A stretch of DNA of 64,000 nucleotides from Carpediemonas membranifera BICM (taxonomy: Eukaryota; Protista; Fornicata), in contig JAHDYR010000053.1 in assembly GCA_019828565.1 (NCBI GenBank), positions 532,214 to 596,213 on the forward strand, given 5' to 3'. This document shows, piece after piece, positions 1-11,868 of the stretch. How positions within the stretch are numbered: position 1 is the stretch's first letter; each line of letters starts with the position of its first letter. The position numbers and the translations under genes were made by a program. The notes under the pieces were generated by a model. It was not told the DNA's origin, searched no databases, and saw only the letters and a list, made by a program, of their open reading frames with translations.

Positions 1-838
1 AGCGGTGCCATGGCTTGGGGTAGTGGTGGTAGTGGTGCACCTGCGGGTCGGGTGTCGGGGCCGGCTCCGCGTACCTAGCCTGGGGCTGGGGCCGCGGTTG
101 GGGCTGGGGCGGGGTGTTGGAAGCATGGTTCTGGTTGCCGTATGAGGGGCTCGGCTCGGTGCTGACGTACGGTCCCGTATAGTCTTGACCTTGGGCCCGG
201 CCTGGCTCTTCGGGGTAGAACTCGGACGCCTGGGGGGCTGAAGGCGGGGCGAGGGGTTCTTCAGAGACAGGCTGGCGCCTGCGTCTCTCCTTGAAGAATC
301 GGATGAGCTTCCGGACAACGAAGATGGTCAGCACAATCATGACCACTCTCTTGATGATGGGAAAGAAGTAGTGCTCGCGGTCTACATCGTCTATAGCTGT
401 GGACATATACATTTTAGCCTGCCCCTTTCCCTTGGCGGGGCGGCCGTTCAGCTCATACTCGATGTTGCAAGACCCGGGGACAATCCTCGAGTCACTCGGA
501 CCCGACCAGCCCTCGCAGATGATCTCAAACCTACCGAGTTCGACTCCTTGTGGGAGTTGGGCCGAGCAGCGCCAGTTGACGTTGTTCCGGTCATCCGTGC
601 CGACGTTTGTGCATTGGATTGACGATGGAGCGAACTTGGTGCCCTTGGGCGTGGTTCCGCCAGTGCGGACCAAAGAGGGGAATGTCTTGCCGCGAATAGA
701 GGCGGTTGTTTCGCCATCAATGAACGTCAGTGCGTCGATGGTGCGCAAATCGACGGGCTGAAGGCCACTGTTAAACCTTCGCGCCAGAACCATAGCTGTT
801 AGCAGTAGCAGGATCGATAGCTGCACGTTTAACTGCAT
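1..838 (-). CDS. SARAF: SARAF/TMEM66-like protein (store-operated Ca2+ entry-associated regulatory factor, DUF1183); runs off the window end
   Basis: Not in the ORF track; translated by hand from ATG 838. Signal peptide MQLNVQLSILLLLTAMVLA, then LRTIDALTF...SSIQCTNVG..NVNWRCSAQL..EIICEGWSGPSDSRIVPGSCNIEYEL (SARAF luminal Cys pattern), a TM (VVMIVLTIFVV) and a Pro-rich tail. Confidence 0.85.
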   Translation of the reverse strand, partial: MQLNVQLSILLLLTAMVLARRFNSGLQPVDLRTIDALTFIDGETTASIRGKTFPSLVRTGGTTPKGTKFAPSSIQCTNVGTDDRNNVNWRCSAQLPQGVELGRFEIICEGWSGPSDSRIVPGSCNIEYELNGRPAKGKGQAKMYMSTAIDDVDREHYFFPIIKRVVMIVLTIFVVRKLIRFFKERRRRQPVSEEPLAPPSAPQASEFYPEEPGRAQGQDYTGPYVSTEPSPSYGNQNHASNTPPQPQPRPQPQARYAEPAPTPDPQVHHYHHYPKPWHR

Positions 839-906
839 TCTTTGTTGTGGCTCGATGACGTGGCATCCATGTCATCGCCAAGGATAGACGGAGATTTTTG
901 ACTCAA

Positions 907-1554
907 CTAACGCTCCTCCCATGCCTTATGCGCCGCCTCGAGCGCCCTCTCAGTCTCTAGCCTTCCGCGGATTGCCCCTTCGAGCGAGTTGAGGCCCTTG
1001 CCCTCGGCGACCTTGTAATGCACGAACCAACGCTTCAGCCGGTTCAGTAAACCAGGGAATAACGCCTCCACATCCTCAGTATCGTCCATCAGACGTGCCA
1101 GCTTGTGATCTATGTCTACCGCTACACACTTCCAGTCAGACTCGCCGCAGTCAACCAGTGGGATCGAACAAAGCGGCTTAACCTGCACGACATCGCCAGT
1201 CGACGGGGCAGGGACGGCGTCTGAGATACAGAGACAGTCCATCGGGTCGGCATCTCCTGGGAAGGCACTGCCGCGGGGCGAGACGAACTTGGTCTGCGGG
1301 AACGAACCATACGCCAGTGGTATGGGGCCGTATTTGTAGAACCGTGGCGTTCCTATCGATGTTGGACTCATATTAATCATGTCTTGGCGGATATCTTCTT
1401 CGTTTGCCTCCATTTTGGCGGTATGATGCTGTGGTATCTCAATGAGGCAGTTCTTGGCCCCGTCAACGAGTGCTTGGAGAGGTATATCGTTGATTGGCGA
1501 TATGGCGTGCAGAGTTGTTGGCGAGAGCAGCTGAATTCGCTTAACCAGGTCCAT
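907..1554 (-). CDS. Soluble inorganic pyrophosphatase (family I)
   Basis: ISPINDIPL, IEIP..AKME, YGSFPQT, GDADPMD, LVDCGESDWK, WFVHYKVAEGK motifs. Confidence 0.9.
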   Translation of the reverse strand: MDLVKRIQLLSPTTLHAISPINDIPLQALVDGAKNCLIEIPQHHTAKMEANEEDIRQDMINMSPTSIGTPRFYKYGPIPLAYGSFPQTKFVSPRGSAFPGDADPMDCLCISDAVPAPSTGDVVQVKPLCSIPLVDCGESDWKCVAVDIDHKLARLMDDTEDVEALFPGLLNRLKRWFVHYKVAEGKGLNSLEGAIRGRLETERALEAAHKAWEER

Positions 1555-1658
1555 TCAGGCCGAGTCAAGGCGAATCCAAACACGCCCAGGATGACGATAA
1601 CAGCCTGCTACGGCGGCGGAAGGGCGACACGCACAACGAATGATCAGGCCAGCTTTAC

Positions 1659-2162
1659 TTAGGCGATGGGCACGGTGGTGATGGTGCTCTCCTGGGGCGT
1701 CGTCTTGGGGAAGGCCATCGTCAGGACGCCGTTCTCGTGGCGAGCGGTGCAGTTCTTGCCATCGACGTTGCCGGGCAGCTGGACGCAGCGGCGGTAGGAG
1801 CCGGCCTGACGCTCCATCAGGAAGTAGTTGGCCGTCTCGTCGCGGCGCTCGGTCTCCTGGCGCGTCTCGATCGTGAGAACGTTCTCGGCGGTCACGTTGA
1901 CGGTGATGTCATCCTTGGAGATGCCGGGCAGTTCCACCTGGACGGTGAGGTTCTTGTCGTCCTCGGTGATGTCCATGACGGGGCGCGAGATCGTGAGCGA
2001 GCGCTGCATGGGCTTGGCGGAGCGGTTGGCAATGCTCAGAGACTCGGGGCGGCGCATCAGCGAGCGGCGGTCCTGGTGGGGGCGCTGGTGCGTCCAGTCC
2101 TGGAAGACGTGCTCAAAAGGCTGCTGGAAGTCCTGGAAGAAGTCAGAGAGATCGGAAAACAT
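1659..2162 (-). CDS. Small heat shock protein (HSP20/alpha-crystallin domain)
   Basis: PVMDITEDDKNLTVQVELPGISKDDI...ERQAGSYRRCVQLP...ARHENGVLTMAFPK; first ATG at 2162. Confidence 0.92.
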   Translation of the reverse strand: MFSDLSDFFQDFQQPFEHVFQDWTHQRPHQDRRSLMRRPESLSIANRSAKPMQRSLTISRPVMDITEDDKNLTVQVELPGISKDDITVNVTAENVLTIETRQETERRDETANYFLMERQAGSYRRCVQLPGNVDGKNCTARHENGVLTMAFPKTTPQESTITTVPIA

Positions 2163-3015
2163 GTTTTGGCAAACTTTGCTGCTCAAGCGTGGATTGTGCC
2201 AGTGACATGCTTGTCGTGGTTACTTTTGAGACGCTGTAGAGCGCTGTAGGTCAAAATGACATGTGGTTGGCCTAAAAGTGCGAAATCGCCGGCATCGAGG
2301 TCAAAACGACAGCATCTCGCCCGAGAACCGTCTCGACAGCCTCTAATGCATGTTGCTTGCTGTCCGTTCTTTTCCAACTCATTTTGCCATTTCGGAAATT
2401 TTGGCAATTTCTTCTGACAGGCAATGCCAGACATGCACTCCTCTTTCCGACCCAAAACACCAGAGTTCCGCGCCACATAGACGTTCTCGAATCATATGAT
2501 GAACTTTTTGCATGTCTGCATTGAAACTTCCGAAATGAAAATCTCGAGATGATGATCGAGAACAACAGGCGAACTGCGAACACCACACAATCCCGGGACC
2601 GAAGAGCACCCATCGAACTTACTTTTTGATTTTCTGTGCATTTTATCGTCACTTCTGATTGGCGTTCCAAAAATAGCCCAATTCGATTTTTCGTGATTCT
2701 CGGGGAACGAAAAGAGAATCAGCCAGCTATCGCCGAACCTCATAACTCATAAGAGCAGTTTACTGACTTCTCCGAATCGATTCGGGCTCTCAAACAGCCA
2801 TACTACTTTCTTTTTTCGTATCTATCCAAAAATTTGATCGATCTTCCACATTTTCCAACCAATCGTTCCTTCTTAGTTTGGCGTGAATTAAGGCCACCTG
2901 AGTCGCTACTTGGCACGCGCCGCCGTGACCGACTCCTTCCGGATCAGATCCGCGAATTTGCAAGAAAAAATTTGTCACAACTGAAACCACAAAGCACGAG
3001 CCAGAATCCACGAAG

Positions 3016-5025
3016 ATGCAACAGTATCAAGCATCAGGCAATGGAGAACAGATTTACAGAGTGTTTAACGATATGATGCCGCATGTTATCGTTCCCAGTC
3101 TCCATGCCGAACCGATGGAATATCCACCGGCTCTTTCTGCAGGTTCCATTGATTCTGGCCAACCATTTAGCTGTGATTCATATGGAAGCATGAGTCCGTC
3201 GCATGTTGGGTCGTTTTCCGGCTCATTCTCTTCCGAAACAGGAGCTATAAGAGAAAGGCTTAGCGATGTCGAAGTTTCCCCACACAACGAGGCCCGTTCC
3301 ACCGAGAATGGAGGAGCCAATAGCGGCATGCCCCGTGTATTTTCCGCCGACGACGTCAAATCCCGAACCTATTCCCAGCACTTCCCCTTTGGCCGCAACC
3401 AGCCAAGCCCCTGCCACACCAGGCCTTTACCAACCTCCTCACTCGCCAAAATACCCTCCCAGAGCGCTTTTGCGCCGCCCATTGCTTCTCCCAATGCCAC
3501 CCAGCCTGGACCTGGTCTGCCGCACCCGGTTCGCCACGTTACCTCGCAGAGCATGCATGCGTTGCCATTAGGCGGTATGCACACCGCACAGAGCCACTGT
3601 GGGGTCCTTAGTACCCATCAGGGGGCCGGGTCTGGCTCTCGCTTGGACTTGACTCAGCGAAAGTCGTTGCGGCAAATCCGAGAAGTTCTCAACCGGAAGC
3701 TTGAAAAATGCGGGTTCTTCCGGCTCTATCTCCGCAAGAACTATCTGTGCAGCCACTCCGAGAGCCAGATCGACATTCAGTCCGACACCGACTGCTCTAG
3801 TGACGAGGTCCCCTCCTACGTCGAGCTCGCCTCCTGCAAGAAACTGCGCCTGATCAAGCACTTTAACGACATCTGCCAGGCACTAACGCCCTGCGACAAG
3901 AACCGCATGTCCCAAGAGATGGTCGACCACATGTTCACCCGCACCTTCTGCCAGGGCCTCAAGATTTACGATGATCGCCCAGAGCTCCGCGCCTCAGTCA
4001 ACCGGGCAGCGTTCGAGGCCGTGTGTGACATCAAGGAGACTCTGATCCCCAAGCTTCACGAGCACACACTGTTCGAGGTGACAATTGCCGCCCAGTTCAT
4101 CTGGCTCAGCCGGATGCAACCCCTCGACCCAGAGCTCGCACACACCAAGCGACTCTCCCCCCAGCACATCAAGCGGATTGCCCGCTACTCGTCGAGTGTT
4201 GAGGCTCCCACGGGCAAGCAGGTCCGCGCTCACTTCCAGGAAACTGTCCTAGGACAGCACGTCAACGAGATCCAGTGCCACTTTGACGCCCACCCATGCG
4301 CTGCCGAACTCAACAAGCGGAAGCATCGTCTGGTGGCGACGGTGTACATGTGGGCTTTCATACTCAACGAGCAGCTGCACTCTGATCCACTTCTCAGGGC
4401 GGAGCTGCCGGTCGACTCGAAGCAGGTGGCAGACTTGCGCAAGAAGTTCGTGGCAGACTCGATGGGCTCGGGCAGTGGAATCAAGTCTGCTTCATTCAGC
4501 TCAGACAGCACCATTCCTCTCGCTTTGCGTGGAAGCAAGAGTATTCGCTCCCTTAAGCTGCCCGACCCCCTAAACTGCGAACTACAGGTGGTTGCCCTGA
4601 CTGAGTTCACGAGGGCCTGCCTCTCTGCCTCCCAGCAGCCTGACGTCAAGCGCATCAACGGCAAGTACTTCACGTCCAGCGTCAAGCTGAACAAGACCCT
4701 AACCTGCGTGTACCTCAACTTCTTCCGCAGCCTTGAAGAGAATCCGGAAGAAAGCGCCCCTCTCATTCTCTCAGACAAAGAATGGTACAGCAAGGTCAGC
4801 AAGTCCCTCGGGTCGACCCTGCTCGCCCACATCAGGGCGCTGCAGTACATTGAGCCGGCAGTCCAGGTCGGGTTCAGACGGAATCTCGAAATGTGGCCTG
4901 AGATCGAGCGAGTGCGTGGGATCAGCGAGGCTGTGTTCACAGCCGGGATCGACGCCTTTCAGTTCCAAGAAGAGGTCGCTCACTTTATTCGGCAGGCACT
5001 GTTTGATCAGGCCATGTTGAACTAA
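3016..5025 (+). CDS. Hypothetical protein (S/P-rich N-terminus, helical C-terminus)
   Basis: 669-codon ORF; no recognised motif. Confidence 0.7.
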   Translation: MQQYQASGNGEQIYRVFNDMMPHVIVPSLHAEPMEYPPALSAGSIDSGQPFSCDSYGSMSPSHVGSFSGSFSSETGAIRERLSDVEVSPHNEARSTENGGANSGMPRVFSADDVKSRTYSQHFPFGRNQPSPCHTRPLPTSSLAKIPSQSAFAPPIASPNATQPGPGLPHPVRHVTSQSMHALPLGGMHTAQSHCGVLSTHQGAGSGSRLDLTQRKSLRQIREVLNRKLEKCGFFRLYLRKNYLCSHSESQIDIQSDTDCSSDEVPSYVELASCKKLRLIKHFNDICQALTPCDKNRMSQEMVDHMFTRTFCQGLKIYDDRPELRASVNRAAFEAVCDIKETLIPKLHEHTLFEVTIAAQFIWLSRMQPLDPELAHTKRLSPQHIKRIARYSSSVEAPTGKQVRAHFQETVLGQHVNEIQCHFDAHPCAAELNKRKHRLVATVYMWAFILNEQLHSDPLLRAELPVDSKQVADLRKKFVADSMGSGSGIKSASFSSDSTIPLALRGSKSIRSLKLPDPLNCELQVVALTEFTRACLSASQQPDVKRINGKYFTSSVKLNKTLTCVYLNFFRSLEENPEESAPLILSDKEWYSKVSKSLGSTLLAHIRALQYIEPAVQVGFRRNLEMWPEIERVRGISEAVFTAGIDAFQFQEEVAHFIRQALFDQAMLN

Positions 5026-5193
5026 TCAAGGGCGGCCATTCTGTGGGGCGAGGCTGATGGCTTTTTGTCAACCCCCGACTGGTGTATTTTAATGTATTTA
5101 GGTGTTCATTTGTTCAATAAAAATCATAGCTCTGTACCCTTTGAGTAGGTGGACCCCAAGCACCCCAACAGACTCAGGCGAGACCCGCGGGCC

Positions 5194-8100
5194 ATGGGAG
5201 CCTGGGCCGTTTCGCAGATTATGTCACAAACGATGTGCCCGATCTCACCATCTATGCCTTGCCGTCCACCAGATACTGGAGCCGGAATGAGTACTTCTAA
5301 TGACAGTAATCATAAGCAAGACACACACATCCAAGCAGAATCCACTCCTATTACAGAACCCGAAAACATGCAAGCTGAGAACAATAACGCGCCTTCAGAT
5401 AGCACGCTCAATGAAGAAAACGACGCATGTACGACAAATACTCTCTCTCCATTCGTCCCAACGGACGTCAGCTCATCTGCTCCGTCGAGGCCAAGTTCCT
5501 CCCCAGCAACAGGCCCGCTGGGCCCCGAGACGGTGCGGACAGCGTCACTGGAGGAGACAGAGTCTAGCAAGACACCAGATGATGAACCACAGCAGTGGTC
5601 TCCACTGTTTGAGGCCTCAGTCGCGGGCAGTGTCGACCTTATTCGAGACCTGCTCCAAGCTGAGGCTGACCCAGACCTCCGTGATTGGGCTAATCGGACT
5701 CCCCTCATCGCTACAACAATTAAGAACAACACCGAGATCATCAAATTGCTCATTAATGCCGGGGCGGGTCTCGACCTCCAGGACGATGATGGCGATACCG
5801 CACTCATGGCAGCGTGCATTGAGGGACACACCGGAGTCGCCCGCCTCCTCTACGAGCGCGGTGGGGATCCCAAGCTGTGCGCCAATGACGGCAAGACCAT
5901 ACTCATGGCAGCAATGGCCACACAGAGTGCGCGAGCGTGCTTATCGAAGCAGGAGTCGACTGCACCATGATTCGTCCGGACGGAGCAAGCGCCCTGTATC
6001 TCGCGTCCTACTTTGGTCATGCCGACGTTGTTAAGCTACTTCTGGACACCACTCCAGACATTGTCGACGTGGCCAAGAAGCATGGCTTCTCGCCGCTACA
6101 CGCAGCTTCCTTGAAAGGACATGCTCACTGTGCCAGGGTCCTGCTCGAGAATGGCGCTGACGTCGATCGTCGCGATCGCGATTTAGACACGCCACTTATG
6201 GTAGCAGCAGCTTATGGTCACACCGAGGCCATCAAGTTGCTCATTGATGCCGGGGCGACCCTCGACCTGCGGAATAAGAAAGGTTGTACGGCCCTGCTGT
6301 TGGCATGCCGTGGTGGTCGCGGCGAGAGTGCCCAAGAGCTACTGAATGCGGGGGCCAACGCAGCCTACCACTGCTCATTCGGGACTTGTCTGACGATCGC
6401 GACCCATTTTGGATTTGACGACATCATTATGCTCCTCCTTCAATCCGGCGCCGATGTCAACGCGGCCGAACTGGATGGGTTAACCCCACTCCACTGGGCC
6501 GCCAAGAGGAACCGTGTTACGTGTGCCCGACTACTACTGCAGGCTGGGTGCGATGTTGATGCAAGAGGTCCGCTTAGTCGCACAGCAGTCTTCATAGCTG
6601 CAAGAGAAGGATACACAGACGTCGTCAAGCTTCTCGTGGCGGCAGGGGCCGACCTGGCCATCTCTGGTAGGACGTCTCGAATACGCCGGCCCCGGCTCCC
6701 CAGGGATATCGCCCAGACAGAGGGCCACACGGACTGCGTCGACCTGCTCGACCACCCAGAGCTATGCGGCCCGCTAGACTTCGAGGTGGGCTCGCTCGCC
6801 ACCCGCCCCATCCGACCCCCGCCCTCGCTGGACATGATCTGGACCACCTCTTCTGGATACCATTATTTTGTGGAGCAGTGTGCAATCCAAGGCATCGATT
6901 TCTATTGGTCAGGTCTCTTTGCCAGCGTGAAGATATACACATGGGGGTTGCGCCATTGCGTGGTGCTACAGCACATAACACAGTTTGCTTATGGCAATGA
7001 CTATGCGACCGATGTGGGTTACGCCATTGCGTGGTGCTACAGCACATATCAGAGATTGCTTATGGCAATGACTGTGCGACCGATATTAGCCTTGCAGGCC
7101 CAGATTTTTAATGGGAACACTGCTTACCACGAAGCTGTTCGGTTTGGGGGCTTGTTCATGCAACTTGGCGGACTCATCTCATTTGCTGGAGTCCGTGACG
7201 TAATTCATCAACCGACCGACGATGGCGCCACCCCTCTCTACATAGCGTGTGTCAGCGGCGAGACCAAATCCGTTCGATTTTTGCTTAATGAAGGCGCTGA
7301 CCCGAATGTGCGCACGAATACTGGCAGAACGCCGCTCATTGCCGCGGTTTTAGAGGGGTTCACCACCATCATCGGGCTCCTTCTCGATGCTGGCGCCGAC
7401 TGCACAATGGTTCTTCCTAACGGCTGCAGCGCCCTCCATATTGCTGTCCAGAAAGGGTTTACTGGTATTGCTGAGATGCTGTTGGACGCCGAGCCAGGTC
7501 TGGTCGACGTGGCTGATGACGACGGCGACTCTCCGCTGCATGTAGCTGCATATCATAACTACGTCAGGATTATCGTACCGCTTATCAAGGCCGGGGCGAC
7601 ACTCGACCTTGTCACCGAAGATGAGGGCACACCGCTTTACTTGGCCTGTAGTCGTGGTCGAATTGAGAGCGTAATGATATTGCTGGCTGCTGGAGCTAGC
7701 ACATACAAAAGCCGCAAGTGCGTCACATGCCTGGGTGCGGCCGCATTCGAAGGCCATGACGCCATCGTTCACGCCCTCCTGCAGCATGGTGCTGACGTCA
7801 ACGCGACCATCGCGGAAGAGTGGACCGCTCTCCACTGGGCAGCAAAAGCGAACCGTGTCACGTGTGTCCACCTTCTGCTGCAGGCTGGGTGTGAAGTCGA
7901 CGCGCGCGATACGTTTGGTTATACTGCCACGTTTTATGCAGCGATTGAGGGTCACTTCGATGTCCTCAGGCTGCTCATTGCGGCTGGGGCAAACCCTTAT
8001 CTCTCTGTTGAGACCGTGCTTCCCAGGGATTTCGCCAAGGCCAACAACCACAAGATGTGCGTTAACCTGCTCGACCATCCCGAGGATTACAGCAAGATCG

Positions 8101-9692
8101 CCGTCAACGTCGGGTCTTTTGTGCCCGCCATCGCACCTATCGACGCGAGCATCCCGCCTGCCAAGGACAAAGTCGTCGTCTTGGCGAGTGTGTACATGGC
8201 TTTGTACACTGACGCCGACGTGCCCCGCGCCAGCCGCCTTCTGGCAGAGTTCAAGTCGGCCTCATCCCCTGACCAGTTGCGGAAGCTCGCCTCGCAAATC
8301 CAGGAGATTCAGACCGACATCGACCGGCTCACCCCGGTTCTTTCACTCGCCAAGGACCCGATGCCCGCCCTGAAAGAAAAAGACCGCGTCAGGGAGGCGC
8401 TGGAGAGGAGCGACGCCTTCCATGCCCACGTCATCAGCGGCAACGTCTGTAGGATCCGGTCTAAACCCCTCTTCAGGCGCGACAAGTTCGGCCCCGTCGT
8501 CCTCAATTGCCTCGACCGTGAGGGCCGGTCGCCCCTGTACAACGCGTTCATACGCGGCCAGGCAAAGGTGTTCGCCGCGCTGCTCAAGACTGGTGGCCTC
8601 GTCGACGACGCCTTCCCTGACGGCCACCCGCTGCTGGCTATTGAGGGGAGGCGTGCGATGTGCGACGCGATTCTGAAGGCGAAGGTCGACATCAACCTTG
8701 TCAATCGAGGCACAACCGCGCTCGTCGCCGCCATTCAGGGGGGTCGGGAAGGCTTCGCCCACTGGCTGCTCGATCACGGCGCCGACCCGCACCTTCCACT
8801 GGGGCGCGTCAACGCGCTTCATGCGGCACACGCCACTCCTTTTATTGATTTAGGGGAAGGCGTCCTCAATCACATCCACAGGGCATTCCCACAGCTACAG
8901 CATCACCCAGCACTCCCCGCCTTGCCCCACCCGCCGCTCGACATCAGCCTGTTCCAGGTACTGGACGCACAAAGCTCGGAGCTGCACGATGGCTTCGCGC
9001 TCGGGAATGCCCGTTACCGCAACAACGCTGGTGGAGGCGACTGCGCCTTCTTCGCCCTACACAACCTGGACCCGACCCTCTTCAGCAACGAGCCCGAATG
9101 GACCCGCGCCGCCGCCCGGGCACTGCTGGGGTGCGACAGTGCCCCTATCGACCTGACCGAGACGGGGTACACCCACGAGGAGCTCCGCGGGATGTTCGAG
9201 GGCAAGAACTTCGTCAACCTGCCCGCACTCTGGGCGATCCAGCTGTACCTGTCGGGGCGGGTCAGAGCAGAGACCGTCGGCCAGTTCATGCTGATCCAGT
9301 ATGCTTGTGTCTCTGCCGGCGGCAGCGTGCACCGGTCTATTGAGCGCTTCCACCTCGAGCTATCCCAGCACGACGATACGAGCGACAAGCTCGTGCTCCA
9401 CTGCTCGTATCCAATGCAGTATGTGGCCTCGCGCTTTATCGCCTTCACCGACGGCGTCGGGTTCCGCCACGGCCACTACTTCAACGTCTACCCCACAGCA
9501 GACGTGCCCACCCCCACTGAGTGGTCCCCCGACCCAGACCATGGACCAGGGCCAGCGGTGCCTGCTGAGGTGAATGAGCCAAGCCCGGCGCCTGAAGCTC
9601 CCCTACCCCCGAATTGGCACCAGAACTACGAGCTTGCACTGGAAGCCGCCCCTCGGCATCTCATACGGCTTCATGCCTTGGCTGTAGCCTGA
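5194..9692 (+). CDS. Large ankyrin-repeat protein with C-terminal OTU-like cysteine protease domain; one frameshift near 5910
   Basis: Many TPLxxA...GH ankyrin repeats across ORFs 5149-5970 and 5937-9692; the repeat 'TILMAA/NGHTECASVLIEAG' is split across frames. The C-terminus has NAGGGDCAFFAL and GHYF (OTU Cys and His boxes). Confidence 0.8.
6945..7086 (+). repeat. Tandem duplication, 2 x 71 bp, inside the ankyrin ORF
   Basis: 6945-7015 and 7016-7086 differ at 6 positions. Confidence 0.9.
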
Positions 9693-10257
9693 TCATATCC
9701 ACTCAATAGCCATGCGTGATCTCACAATGCATGCGACCCGTTTTGAGAATTCTGCCAGGAGAAGGCCAGTAAAGTTGTCCACGTTGTCGGATGCGAAGAG
9801 TCCAATGCTTGTGCAGGCTTCCACGGTGTCGTAATGACAGTAATAGCGTCCCTGTTCACTGTTTCATGCTCTCGTCATAGCGACACTAAACTGCTCCTTG
9901 GCGAGCGACAGCGTGACGTGCCACTGTGACAAATGTGCAGCTTAAGGAGACGAAAGGGCAGTTTAGCATAAATGTGAATTTGCGTCAACTTGACAAACAA
10001 CCGCAGTCTCACGCATGGGAAAGTGTGATAATAGGCAGGTACCAGGCCTGCATAGCCCACATGTCGGCCAATAGCCCCACAGCTGGCTCGGTCATTTCGC
10101 GAAACGTCCTTCACACCATCACCCAAGGTACCACCCGACCAACAAAGCCAGCTGAACACGGAAGGCACTGGCCCAGGAAGCCAGAACGTCTGACCTGAGA
10201 TGGCCGCTCGGTCAATTGATCGGATCATTCTCTAACGACGACGACGCGACAAACTAA

Positions 10258-11643
10258 ATGGATGAACTTCTCCCGCCAGTTCTGTATGATGAATTGTACA
10301 ATATTCTTCACTCCAAAGACTACGATGGCAACTCATGCCCTGTTCTAATCCCGGATACCATAATTTTCCGCGATGGGGTCATAACAGCGTGGTTCTTCTG
10401 CTCTTCGCATGACTCGACTATCCTACGCCGTCATCGTTACAAGATCAACCTTGATCTCGTCACTAAGATGCTCGGTAGCGGCGTTAAGCGCAGTTCTTCC
10501 GTCGCTGCCGTCGTTTACACCACTGTCCCCGACCACAACGGCCACAATTCCATCAGTGTCGCCCACATGAACCTAGCAGACGTCACCAGTCTCATACACA
10601 ACGCCCTATCCACAAAGTTCAACGGCGTTGTGCAGAAATTCGTCCCAATCCAACCGAAGGAGATTGTGTACCAGGTCGCTTGGTCTCCCGCAGTCACACG
10701 ATGCGCATGCAAGGTCAATAAGTACAGTATCCACGACGCAAGATGCGGGGCGGGTGTGAAAGGGGCGACGTGGAACGCAGCGATCGCCCACTCAGAGGAA
10801 CAGCAGGTAAGGTCAGGCGCAGCGCTCAACATACTGCAGGCAACAGCAGACGCGGTGGTGAGTCACATTGAGCAGCACGGCGCCTCTGTGCTACACGTGG
10901 AACCCGGGACACTTCAAGCTGTAACATTTTATGTCAAAATCACTGAGGGAATGCCCACAATACTCTATTGTGACCAGGTGGTGGCCGGGGATGGTGGGAT
11001 CAGATATAGCCTGCCCTGCTACCACTGGAACATGATGATCTCTGGATATCGGCCCGCGCTCTCGACCGCTCTGCCCCAAGAATTGTCAAAGGGTCGCGGT
11101 GTGACATGCCCTCGGTGTCAGAAGGCCGTCGGTGTTGATGACACGGGCATTGTATCAGTCAAGAGTCTGATCCTCGACCACACCGGCAGCCTATTATCAA
11201 TGGTCATGCCCGGCGAGTCACCCAGAGCGGTCCAAGTCACATCCAAGAAGAAGCGGCGTCCAGTTGACCAATACATGTCACCAGCCGAGCGACTTAACCT
11301 TGTGAGTCTTGCCAACGAGCTTCTGGGCGATACAGGTCCCAAATCGACCCCGCTCCACCCATTGAACCCGAGCTACCGCATGATCAAGGGCAAGGTGCAC
11401 GGGGCGACCCCTGCTGCGGGTTACGGCGGGGAGATGCCAGCCCGGACGCCATCGCCATCGGAGCCGGAGCCAGCGGCCATACCAGACGCGCTCAAGCGGG
11501 CATTCGTGGGGCTGAGTGCTGAGCAGTATGAGCTCAAGCTGAGGGAGCCCGGATTCTTGTATGGGGACGTCCGGGTGTGTTTGGACTGTGCGATGGCGGT
11601 GTCCAGGCAGCTTAACGACGCCCTGGAGGTAGCGGGAAAGTGA
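10258..11643 (+). CDS. Hypothetical protein (possibly ATP-grasp-like, with CxxC pairs)
   Basis: 461-aa ORF; LIPDTIIF, GVVQKFV, CPRC and VCLDC. Confidence 0.6.
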   Translation: MDELLPPVLYDELYNILHSKDYDGNSCPVLIPDTIIFRDGVITAWFFCSSHDSTILRRHRYKINLDLVTKMLGSGVKRSSSVAAVVYTTVPDHNGHNSISVAHMNLADVTSLIHNALSTKFNGVVQKFVPIQPKEIVYQVAWSPAVTRCACKVNKYSIHDARCGAGVKGATWNAAIAHSEEQQVRSGAALNILQATADAVVSHIEQHGASVLHVEPGTLQAVTFYVKITEGMPTILYCDQVVAGDGGIRYSLPCYHWNMMISGYRPALSTALPQELSKGRGVTCPRCQKAVGVDDTGIVSVKSLILDHTGSLLSMVMPGESPRAVQVTSKKKRRPVDQYMSPAERLNLVSLANELLGDTGPKSTPLHPLNPSYRMIKGKVHGATPAAGYGGEMPARTPSPSEPEPAAIPDALKRAFVGLSAEQYELKLREPGFLYGDVRVCLDCAMAVSRQLNDALEVAGK

Positions 11644-11868
11644 GGGGTGTGTTGTGTAGTAGTATTACTGGCTTGGTGAACGGTGGTAAACGTGCGGCTG
11701 GGTTTAAGGTCATGGGGTTTGGTTGGAGCATGAAGGGGTGAACTGTGGATATGGGAGATCGTAGCATGCTGGTGTTCTCTGGTTCTGGGGTGGCGTTCGT
11801 TTTTGCTTCTCATTTGCCTTTATGTGTCACTCATGTATCACATGTATTTCGAAAGACACCGAGCAGAC

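Noticed and set aside
2400-2540. Heat-shock-element-like TTCnnGAA units upstream of HSP20
   Set aside because: Only isolated two-unit matches with imperfect spacing in an AT-rich region
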